Shown here one piece after another: positions 9,220 through 17,303 of a DNA stretch of 32,000 nt. Position 1 is the first letter of the stretch; the number at the start of each line of letters is the position of its first letter. Origin of the DNA: Microcystis aeruginosa NIES-843 (GTDB lineage: Bacteria; Cyanobacteriota; Cyanobacteriia; Cyanobacteriales; Microcystaceae); the NCBI RefSeq assembly GCF_000010625.1, contig NC_010296.1, positions 1,230,001 through 1,262,000 of the forward strand. Reading direction: 5' to 3'. The notes beneath the pieces are model-generated. The model made no database searches. It was not told the origin of the DNA and saw only the letters and a program-made list of their open reading frames with translations. The position numbers were made by a program, and so were the translations under genes.

Positions 9220-10408
9220 ATGAGATTGATTAGAGACCTAAACCCCGAGAGCCAGAAAATGCTAGAGAGAATTTATCGAGCTAGTAAACATCATCAAGTA
9301 AGAGAGCGAGCGAAATGTATACTCTTAAGTTTTCAGGGAACCACGATAGAAGAATTGAGCGGAATATTTGGAGTTACGAGAAAGACCATCTATAATGGGA
9401 GCATCTCACTTACGCGATAAGTAATTATACTTAGCCTAAAAGCCACTCTTAATCGTGTCTTGGAACGAAATAGAGGCTTTTAAAGACTGCGTACATGGAG
9501 AATTAAAACAAGAATTACCCTCGAAAAGCCTATTTTTCCACTAAGTATTTATGCTCATTGCAAAGGTGAGATGCTCCCTCTATAATTGGTTGACGGCCTG
9601 GGAAGATAGAAAACTAATTGGTTTTTATAATCGTCGAGGAAGAGGGAGAAAACCTAAATTGACAGAAGCACAAGGTCAACAAGTTATTGACTGGGTAAAA
9701 GAAGAACCGAAAAGCTTAAAAAAAATCCAGATAAAAATTGTAGAAGAAGGGAAATTAACCGTAAGCAAAGACAAGATAAAAAGACTCATAAAAAAAATCA
9801 ACATGAGGTGGAAAAGGGTGAGAAGAGGGGTCGCCAAAACCCCTGATGAGTGGGAGCTTGAGGTCAAACTACCTATTTTAGAAGAACTAAAAAAACAGGA
9901 AAAAAGAGGAGAGATTGAGATAGGATATTTGGATGAAATGGGAGGGGATTCAAAGCCTTGTATTCCTGACGCTTGGCAAGAAGAAAAAACCACGATAAAG
10001 TTACCACCAATTGAAGGTAAAAGACTAAATATTTTAGGAATAATGAAACGAGATAATCAATTATTTTATGAGACACAGGTCGGAACGGTTACTAGCGAGA
10101 TAGTTATTAATTTTCTGGATAAATATTGCCAAAATATACAGAAAAAAACTGTCATAATAATTGACCAAGCTTCCATTCATACCAGCGAGGCATTTATGGA
10201 GAAACTTGAGGAATGGGAAAAGAAAAACTTGAAAATATTTTGGTTGCCCACTTATTCACCTCATTTAAATTTAATTGAAATATTATGGAGATTTTTAAAA
10301 TATGAATGGATTGAATTTAGCGCCTATAAAGACCGAAAGAGCCTCCTCGCTTACGTTAAAAAAGTGCTGGACAATTTTGGAGGCGAGTATGTAATTAATT
10401 TTGCCTAG
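9220..10408 (+). pseudogene. IS630-family transposase split by the 182-bp MITE
   Basis: ORFs 9220-9420 and 9551-10408 join in frame ('TRKTIYN|WLTAWEDRKL') when 9397-9586 is removed. DDE-type motifs present are 'YLDEMG', 'IIIDQASIH' and 'NLIEILW'. Confidence 0.85.
9397..9578 (+). mobile_element. 182-bp MITE, copy B
   Basis: Same sequence as copy A, with the 8-bp duplication TCTATAAT (9389-9396 and 9579-9586). Confidence 0.9.
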
Positions 10409-10783
10409 GTACTTAGGAAAGTCATACCAAATCCGTTTTTAATAGGATGATTAACTCCCAATCCAACTTTAAAAACCCGCTCCCCACTCTCCTATACTTT
10501 TTAACCCACTTTCCGCACTTCTTAACATTCAATTGATAATTTTTACTAATACATTGCTTACAACCCTTTGCCAGTAAAGATTGTAGCTACAAGGATCGAT
10601 TTTCATCAAGGTGAAGAATTGTAATTTGTTTTCTCAGAAAAAATCAATTATTGAAAATGTTCTCAATAGTAGTTTCTACAATGAAGCTTTTTCGTCAAAA
10701 CATCTTGGGGAATGTAAAAATATATAAAGGTATATGAAGATGTGCGGAATGTCGGTTTTAAATATGTGGCAGTTCAGGGGGAA

Positions 10784-10819
10784 CTGGAATAGGTGTACAA
10801 GCTGCCGCACCTATTCCAG
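10784..10819 (-). terminator. stem-loop directly after the cysteine desulfurase stop
   Basis: A perfect 12-bp stem (CTGGAATAGGTG / CACCTATTCCAG) with a 12-nt loop begins 5 nt after the stop codon. It has no clear U-tract, so it may be a terminator or an mRNA-stabilising hairpin. Confidence 0.45.
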
Positions 10820-10824
10820 TCAGT

Positions 10825-12546
10825 TTATTCGTGTTGCAAACGTTCCAACGCGGCCACCAGCGCATCCACCTCGGCTTTAGTATTGTAGAAAGCCAAGGAA
10901 GGGCGCACCGTTGCCTCTAGACCAAAGCGTCGCAGAATGGGTTGAGCGCAGTGATGGCCTGCCCGCACGGCAATCCCTTCCCGGTTCAGGGCCTGTCCAA
11001 TGACTTCCACATCAAATCCCTCCAGCACAAAGGAAAGCACGGCAGCCTTATCGGCTGCCGTCCCAATCAAACGCAGGCCCGGAATGGTTGTCAGTCCCGC
11101 AGTGGCGTACTCCAGAAGTTCATGCTCGTAATTGGCAATGGTGGTCAAACCAATCTGCTGAACATAATCCAAGGCCGTCCCTAAGCCAACGGCATCGGCA
11201 ATATTGCCCGTTCCGGCCTCGAAGCGAGTGGGAGCCGCCTGATACACGGTACGCTCAAACGTCACATCCACGATCATGTTGCCGCCGCTTTGCCAGGGAA
11301 CCGTGGCATTCAACAGGTCTTCTTGACCATAAAGTACCCCGATTCCTGTGGGACCAAAGACTTTATGTCCGGAAAAGACGAACCAATCACACCCTAATTG
11401 TTGAACATCGATCGGAATGTGGGAAACCGATTGAGCGCCATCTAACAAGACTTTGGCCCCGACCCGATGGGCTAAGTCAATGATTTGTTTGGCGGGAGTA
11501 ATGGTTCCCAAGGCATTGGAAACATGGGAAAAGGCCACCAGTTTTGTGCGGGAGTTGAGTAATTGTTGGTACTCTGCCAGTAAAATCTGCCCGTGGTCAT
11601 CCACGGGGACAACCCGCAACTTTGCTCCCGTTTGGGCGGCTAGTTGCTGCCAAGGCACAATATTGGCATGGTGTTCTAGATGGGTGAGGACAATCTCATC
11701 CCCCGCTTGTAGGGTTTGTTGTCCCCAGCTTTTTGCCACCAGATTAATGCCTTCCGTTGTTCCCCGCACGAAAATGATTTCGTTGGCAGATGAGGCATTG
11801 AGAAAACGGCGTACCGTTTCTCTGGCCGCTTCGTAAGCATCTGTGGAGCGAGCCGCTAATTCATGGGCGGCACGATGCACATTGGAATTTTCATGGCTGT
11901 AGAAATGAACGAGGCGATCGATGACTGCTTGGGGCTTTTGAGTTGTTGCGGCGTTGTCGAACCAGATCAGTGGTTTGCCATTCACCCGTTCTTGCAGGAT
12001 GGGAAAATCCAGGCGGATGGTATGAACATCAAAGAAGCTAGGTCTTTGAACGCTTCGCCCGCTGGCATGGGGGACAAAAAGGGGATCGATACCCGGGACT
12101 TGAACAAGCTGGCCCGGTTTGGCCACTACCGCCGGAAGGTCGGGGATTTTTGTTTCTAACTCCTCAATGAAGTAGAAAGAGGGGGTTGCTAAGGGTACAG
12201 CCAAGGGAACTGTGGGCCGTTCGCCCACAGCAGCTGGGGAGGTTGCGGGGGTAGCCGGCAAGTCCAGGGTTGGGGGAATCGCCGCGGCGGATGGCACCAG
12301 ATAATCCCGATCTGTACTCAACCCCTTCGCCACCTCGGCCTTAAGGTCGTGCCGTTGTAGTTCTTGAATTATCGTCTGGGCGAGATGCTCAAGAAGGTCA
12401 GGTTGAAATAAGGGGTTAAGAGAAATGTTCTCGACCTCAGTTGGGGCAGTGGTGGGCGGGGATAGAGCGGGTAGATTCCCCCCCGCCTTTTCAGGGATCA
12501 GTTCAGGGTTAGTCATAGTCGTAGATGTGGTATTGGTTGACATCAA
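10825..12546 (-). CDS. SufS/CsdA-type cysteine desulfurase with a long disordered N-terminal extension (putative encapsulin cargo)
   Basis: The C-terminal ~400 aa carry the PLP lysine motif 'SGHKVFGPTGIG' and the catalytic Cys 'RAGHHCAQP'. The first ~170 aa are Pro/Ala/Thr-rich. Alternative starts are TTG 12546, ATG 12543 and ATG 12516. Confidence 0.9.
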   Translation of the reverse strand: MMSTNTTSTTMTNPELIPEKAGGNLPALSPPTTAPTEVENISLNPLFQPDLLEHLAQTIIQELQRHDLKAEVAKGLSTDRDYLVPSAAAIPPTLDLPATPATSPAAVGERPTVPLAVPLATPSFYFIEELETKIPDLPAVVAKPGQLVQVPGIDPLFVPHASGRSVQRPSFFDVHTIRLDFPILQERVNGKPLIWFDNAATTQKPQAVIDRLVHFYSHENSNVHRAAHELAARSTDAYEAARETVRRFLNASSANEIIFVRGTTEGINLVAKSWGQQTLQAGDEIVLTHLEHHANIVPWQQLAAQTGAKLRVVPVDDHGQILLAEYQQLLNSRTKLVAFSHVSNALGTITPAKQIIDLAHRVGAKVLLDGAQSVSHIPIDVQQLGCDWFVFSGHKVFGPTGIGVLYGQEDLLNATVPWQSGGNMIVDVTFERTVYQAAPTRFEAGTGNIADAVGLGTALDYVQQIGLTTIANYEHELLEYATAGLTTIPGLRLIGTAADKAAVLSFVLEGFDVEVIGQALNREGIAVRAGHHCAQPILRRFGLEATVRPSLAFYNTKAEVDALVAALERLQHE

Positions 12547-13441
12547 CGTTCTCCAGTACGGCCGCCGCGTCGTCGGTCAACACTGCCAACGAACAGTAGA
12601 GGGAGACCAGGTAAGAGGCGATCGCCTTGCGACTAATCCCCATAAATCGCACCGACAAGCCAACTCCCTGTTGACCGGGTAAATTGGGCTGATAGAGACC
12701 GACCACCCCTTGACGGCTTTCTCCTACCCGCAATAACAAAATATTGGTTTTGCCTTGTTCATTCACAGCCAACTTATCGGAAGGAATCAAAGGCACGCCC
12801 CGCCAGGTAATAAACTGAGACCCGAATAATGACACCGTGGCAGGGGGTACACCCCGTCGGGTTGCTTCTCGGCCAAAGGCCGCGATCGCTTTAGGATGGG
12901 CGAGGAAAAATGCCGGTTCTTTCCACACCTTCACCAGCAACTCATCCAAATCGTCCGGCGTGGGCGCACCATTGCGAGGTTGCACTTTCTGGGAATCAAC
13001 AATATTGTTGAGCAATCCGTACTCATGGTTGTTGATCAACTCATTTTCTTGACGTTCCTTCAGGGTTTCGATCGTCAGGCGCAATTGTTCATGGATCTGA
13101 TCGTGGGGACTGCTGTAGAGATCGGACACGCGAGTGTGAACATCCAGTACCGTATTCACCGCACTCAAGAAATACTCCCGGGGGGTCTCTTCGTAATCCA
13201 CAAAGGTTTCGGGCAGCTCCCGCTCATCTCGTTCAGAGCAGGCCACCTCAACCCGGGAGGCATCCCTGACTTTATTGAGACGATAAATCCCCGCTTCAAC
13301 GGGTAGCCAATGCAAGAGGCGAACGAACCACCGGGGTGAAATGGTCAATAACTGAGGAACGGTCTTTGTGGCATTGGCTAACTGCCGAGCGGCAGCATCT
13401 CCCAAAGCCAGTTGCAATTCATGATCTTGGGTATAGGTCAT
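12509..13441 (-). CDS. srpI: family 2A encapsulin shell protein (SrpI-like)
   Basis: 310-aa ORF with no enzyme motifs, containing 'TISPRWFVRLLHWLPVEAGIYRLNKV'. It sits in the srpG-srpH-srpI-desulfurase order known from Synechococcus elongatus. A GGAGGA ribosome-binding site lies 8 nt upstream. The protein is too short to include the cNMP-binding domain of family 2B. Confidence 0.8.
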   Translation of the reverse strand: MTYTQDHELQLALGDAAARQLANATKTVPQLLTISPRWFVRLLHWLPVEAGIYRLNKVRDASRVEVACSERDERELPETFVDYEETPREYFLSAVNTVLDVHTRVSDLYSSPHDQIHEQLRLTIETLKERQENELINNHEYGLLNNIVDSQKVQPRNGAPTPDDLDELLVKVWKEPAFFLAHPKAIAAFGREATRRGVPPATVSLFGSQFITWRGVPLIPSDKLAVNEQGKTNILLLRVGESRQGVVGLYQPNLPGQQGVGLSVRFMGISRKAIASYLVSLYCSLAVLTDDAAAVLENVDVNQYHIYDYD

Positions 13442-13517
13442 TGAGTTAAATCCTCCAATTCAAAAAAAAGTAACAAAGCGACTGTTATGGCCGAACATTC
13501 ACAGTCAGGACAGCCCC

Positions 13518-14477
13518 TCAAATTCCAGAGCCGTCATCAAACATTTCCTGTCGTAGTTGCGCCTGGGAGACAAAACCCCCCGGCGGCACACTGCGGGTTA
13601 ACCAAACATTTCCACCAATGGTTGCGCCCCGACCGATAGTTACCCGACCGAGAATCGTTGCACCTGAGTAAATCACCACATCATCTTCAATAATCGGATG
13701 ACGGGCTTGACCTTTGATTAAACTGCCCGATTCGTCCCGGGGAAAACTTTTCGCCCCGAGCGTGACCGCTTGGTAAAGGCGCACGCGGTCGCCAATCACC
13801 GTGGTTGCCCCAATCACCACCCCCGTCCCATGATCGATAAAGAAGCTATTGCCGATCGAGGCGCCGGGGTGAATGTCAATCCCCGTTAAGGAATGGCCAA
13901 TTTCACTGATAATCCGCGCCAACAGGGGCGAGTCCAAACGATACAGGGCATGGGCAATGCGGTGATAAGTGATTGCCGTTACCCCGGGGTAACAAAACAA
14001 TACTTCATCTAAATTTCTGGCCGCCGGATCACCTCGATAGGCCGCGGTGATATCGGTTTCCAGTAGAGCTTTCAGATGGGGTAATTGGGTGGCAAAGGCT
14101 TGTACCGTCCCTTGGGCGTGTTTCTCAATCTGGTCTGACGACCAGTGCAACTGTGACCCCAGCAACCACTGTTCGCGACAAACCTGGTGATGCAGCAGTT
14201 GCAAGACTTCATTGAGGGTATGACCGATAAAATAGCGGCTGGATGTTTCGCCTAAATCGGGATTGCCAAAGTGATAGGGAAAAAGAACGGCACGCAGTCG
14301 ATCAACAATCCGAAATAAGGCCTCACGGGAGGGCAAGGGGAAATGGCTTCGTGATTGAGACCAACTGTGGAACGACTCGCCACGAGGTTTAGACAATTGA
14401 GTGATAATCTCATCGAGATCCAAGGACAGGGTCGATTGGGAGAGAGCGCTGGAACTGCTCGGATGCTCGCTCGTCAT
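13518..14477 (-). CDS. cysE: serine O-acetyltransferase (long form)
   Basis: Hexapeptide-repeat C-terminus ('[25 protein letters not shown]', '[15 protein letters not shown]'). Its ATG overlaps the cysK stop (ATGA). Confidence 0.9.
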   Translation of the reverse strand: MTSEHPSSSSALSQSTLSLDLDEIITQLSKPRGESFHSWSQSRSHFPLPSREALFRIVDRLRAVLFPYHFGNPDLGETSSRYFIGHTLNEVLQLLHHQVCREQWLLGSQLHWSSDQIEKHAQGTVQAFATQLPHLKALLETDITAAYRGDPAARNLDEVLFCYPGVTAITYHRIAHALYRLDSPLLARIISEIGHSLTGIDIHPGASIGNSFFIDHGTGVVIGATTVIGDRVRLYQAVTLGAKSFPRDESGSLIKGQARHPIIEDDVVIYSGATILGRVTIGRGATIGGNVWLTRSVPPGGFVSQAQLRQEMFDDGSGI

Positions 14478-15454
14478 GCCACTAACCCTTGCTCATTAAA
14501 TACCCCCTGGAACAGGATGGAACTCAAATACCGTTCTCCGGAATCTGGCAAAATCACGACAATGGTTTTGCCTTGGTGTTCGGGTTGTTGTGCCAAGCGA
14601 GCGGCGACGGCGACGGCGGCACCGCAGGAAATGCCGGAGATAATCCCTTCTTCCTTGGCCAACCGTTGGGCATAAAGAATGGCCTCTTCGTTGGAAACGG
14701 TTTCAATCCCATCCACGAGGGATAAATCCAGAACTTCGGGAACAAACCCCGCCCCAATGCCCTGAATTTTGTGAGGGCCAGACTTTAAGGGCTGACCTGC
14801 CCGGGCTTGGGATAGTATGGGGCTGGCTTCTGGCTCCACTGCTACCGATAAAATCGGTTTTCCCCGGGTCTTTTTGACATAGCGCGAAACTCCCGTAATG
14901 GTTCCGCCCGTTCCCACACCCGACACGAGAATATCGATCGCCCCGTCTGTGTCCTGCCAAATTTCAGGGCCGGTGGTTTCCTCATGGATGCGGGGATTGG
15001 CAGCATTGCGGAACTGTTGCAACAACACATAGCGATCGGGATTAGACGCGGCAATTTCTTCTGCCTTTGCCACTGCTCCGGTCATTCCCTTAGTCCCTTC
15101 TGTTAACACCAGATTGGCTCCATAGGCGAGCAACAGTTTGCGCCGCTCCAAGCTCATGGTTTCAGGCATGGTCAGGGTGAGGGGAATCCCCTTAGCGGCG
15201 GCTACAAAGGCTAGGGCAATGCCTGTATTGCCACTGGTGGGTTCCACCAGTTCTTTGCCCGGCCCCAATAGTCCCCGTTGTTCCGCATCCCAGATCATGG
15301 CCGCACCAATACGACATTTGACCGAATAGGCCGGATTGCGACCTTCAATCTTGGCCAGAACCGTGGCGTGAGTGTTGCCAACGACTCGATTAAGGCGCAC
15401 TAGAGGAGTCCGCCCGATCGACAAACTGTTATCTGCGAACCATTTCTTACTCAC
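14474..15454 (-). CDS. cysK: cysteine synthase A (O-acetylserine sulfhydrylase)
   Basis: It carries '[11 protein letters not shown]', the PLP-lysine region '[11 protein letters not shown]' and '[10 protein letters not shown]'. It has a GTG start with GGAG upstream. Confidence 0.9.
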   Translation of the reverse strand: MSKKWFADNSLSIGRTPLVRLNRVVGNTHATVLAKIEGRNPAYSVKCRIGAAMIWDAEQRGLLGPGKELVEPTSGNTGIALAFVAAAKGIPLTLTMPETMSLERRKLLLAYGANLVLTEGTKGMTGAVAKAEEIAASNPDRYVLLQQFRNAANPRIHEETTGPEIWQDTDGAIDILVSGVGTGGTITGVSRYVKKTRGKPILSVAVEPEASPILSQARAGQPLKSGPHKIQGIGAGFVPEVLDLSLVDGIETVSNEEAILYAQRLAKEEGIISGISCGAAVAVAARLAQQPEHQGKTIVVILPDSGERYLSSILFQGVFNEQGLVA

Positions 15455-15506
15455 AAAATGGCAACTCCATGATTAAAATACGACAGTTCACCAGATTGGC
15501 TCATCT

Positions 15507-15550
15507 TGAATTCATTTTAAATTCATTTTGAATCCATTTAAAATTCATCC
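15507..15550 (-). promoter_or_regulatory. four tandem 11-bp direct repeats upstream of cysK
   Basis: The units GAATTCATTTT, AAATTCATTTT, GAATCCATTTA and AAATTCATCCT lie 53-96 bp upstream of the cysK start. A TATTTT/TTTAAT -10-like box with a poor -35 lies between the repeats and the gene. Confidence 0.45.
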
Positions 15551-15810
15551 TAGCCTATGCACTATCAACCTCTGGTCAAGCTAAACAAATCTTTACAATC
15601 AAGGGGGGTGGGCGATCGCTGAGGTTGAAGAATCAAGGTATAGGAGGGCGGGAAGTGGAGATAAGGGAGCGGGTTTTTCAAGTTGGATTGGGAGTTATAC
15701 TTGAGACTAAATCCGTTGAGCATAGGCTAGTTATGAGGAGAGGCACTCATGCAAGAGGCACTCATGCAAAGGGGAGAATAAATAATCAGTTTTTAATAAC
15801 CGGATTTAGT

Positions 15811-15915
15811 ATGATATACGGAGTCGTAAATTGGCGGCGCGAAGCCACACTCCCTCTGGTAGTTGCTAACTCAATCGGGCAAAGAGAAGTCATCAAAACC
15901 GTTATTGATACCGGA
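15811..15915 (+). pseudogene. 5' fragment of a retropepsin-like protease gene (paralog of 7306-7674)
   Basis: 'MIYGVVNWRREATLPLVVANSIGQREVIKTVIDTG' is near-identical to 7306-7410. Homology stops at the DTG codons. Confidence 0.8.
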
Positions 15916-15945
15916 GAGGCCTGGGTGCTAATATCGAGGCATTGA

Positions 15946-17270
15946 TCATCGAAAATTTGGGTCTGAAACCCCGTCGTTCTACGACGGCTTTACTGTTAAA
16001 TATTAGAACATTTACGAAATATATGCTAGAATGTGAGACATGGAAAAAGCCTACTCGTTCCGATTTTACCCCACACCCGAACAAGAGTCGCTATTGCGGC
16101 GCACGTTGGGCTGTGTAAGATTAGTTTACAACAAAGCTCTCCACGAACGAACACAAGCATGGTACGAAAGACAAGAAAGAGTAGGCTACGCTCAAACTTC
16201 TTCAATGCTAACCGATTGGAAAAAGCAAGAAGAATTAGACTTTCTCAATGAAGTAAGCTGTGTACCTTTACAACAAGGGTTAAGACATTTACAAACAGCT
16301 TTTACTAACTTCTTTGCTGGTCGTACTAAGTATCCTAACTTTAAGAAAAAACATCAGGGAGGAAGTGCCGAATTTACCAAATCTGCTTTTAAATTTAAAG
16401 ACAGACAAATCTATTTAGCTAAATGCACAGAACCTTTACCTATTCGATGGTCAAGACAAATACCAGACGGATGTGAACCAAGCACAGTAACAGTCAGATT
16501 ACATCCATCTGGACGTTGGCATATCTCAATAAGATTTGATGACCCAACGATTAAGCCATTACCAGTAACAGATAAAGCCATTGGAATTGACTTAGGAATT
16601 AGTAGCCTTGTCATTACCAGCGATGGTGACAAAGTATCTAATCCTGAGCATTTTAACAAGCATTATCGGAGACTGCGAAGAGCATCTAAAAGTCTTTCTC
16701 GAAAACAGAAAGGGTCAAAAAATCGGGAAAAAGCGAGAATCAAAGTAGCCAAGATTCACGCTCGAATCACCGATAACAGAAAAGACCATTTACACAAGCT
16801 AACCACTCAATTAGTTCGTGAAAACCAAACGATTGTTGTTGAGAATTTAGCCGTCAAGAATATGGTCAAAAACCCGAAATTATCTCAGGCAATATCTGAT
16901 GTAAGCTGGGGAGAAATTACCCGACAATTAGCCTATAAATGCCGTTGGTATGGGAGAAATTACATCGAAATAGATAGATGGTTTCCTAGCTCTAAAAGGT
17001 GTAGTAATTGCGGGTATATTGCCCTTGAAAATGCCGTTAAATGTTCGAGAGTGGGACTGTCCAGACTGTGGGACTCACCATGACCGAGATATTAACGCCA
17101 GTAAAAATATTTTGGCCGCAGGGCTTGCGGTGTCAGTCCGGGTCGCGACTATAAGACCAGAACAGAGTAAATCTGTTAAGGCAGGTGCGAAAAATCCTTC
17201 GGGAAAGAAACAGAAACCTAAATCGTGAGGTTTGGGAATCACCGTCCGTTCACGGCGGTGAGGATGTCAA
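15946..17270 (+). mobile_element. IS200/IS605-family tnpB-only (IS1341-type) element, copy 1
   Basis: The boundaries are taken from where copies 1 and 2 diverge. There is a left-end hairpin at 15971-15987 (CCGTCGT-TCT-ACGACGG) and a right-end hairpin at 17240-17260. No tnpA gene is present. Confidence 0.8.
16040..17228 (+). pseudogene. tnpB: TnpB (RuvC-like RNA-guided nuclease family), with a frame break near 17018-17024
   Basis: RuvC motifs present are 'IGIDLGI', 'VVENL' and '[11 protein letters not shown]', with a zinc finger 'CSNCG...CPDCG'. The ORFs 16040-17083 and 17019-17228 need a +1 shift to join. Confidence 0.85.
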
Positions 17271-17290
17271 TCAATCGCCTCTACCTGAAT
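17100..17290 (+). ncRNA. putative omega RNA (reRNA) scaffold plus guide of TnpB copy 1
   Basis: By analogy with characterised TnpB elements, the RNA overlaps the tnpB 3' end and the right end. A UUCG hairpin sits at 17195-17204 and a terminal hairpin at 17240-17260. The guide would be the flank at 17271-17290. The 5' limit is not determined. Confidence 0.4.
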
Positions 17291-17303
17291 CCTAAAGATA
17301 TGG

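Larger units (their letters stand above)
9140..10413 (+). mobile_element. IS630-family element no. 2
   Basis: The terminal repeats are AGTAGTCATGCAAAATTAATTAC and AGTACCTAGGCAAAATTAATTAC (reverse complement). TA flanks both ends (9138-9139 and 10414-10415). Confidence 0.8.

Noticed and set aside
10942-13306. Many 70-136-aa ORFs antisense to or overlapping the desulfurase and encapsulin genes (for example 10942-11184, 11088-11483, 11453-11836, 11863-12159, 12425-12682, 12896-13306).
   Set aside because: They are shadow ORFs typical of GC-richer coding DNA. They have no recognisable motifs and lie wholly inside well-supported genes on the other strand.
14355-15329. Several ORFs overlapping cysK and cysE in other frames or on the other strand.
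   Set aside because: Same reasoning: cysK and cysE have unambiguous signatures and the overlapping ORFs are low-complexity translations.
15625-15945. A 106-aa plus-strand ORF.
   Set aside because: It is a chimera: a repeat or intergenic translation fused in frame to the truncated protease fragment. Only 15811-15915 is real coding homology.
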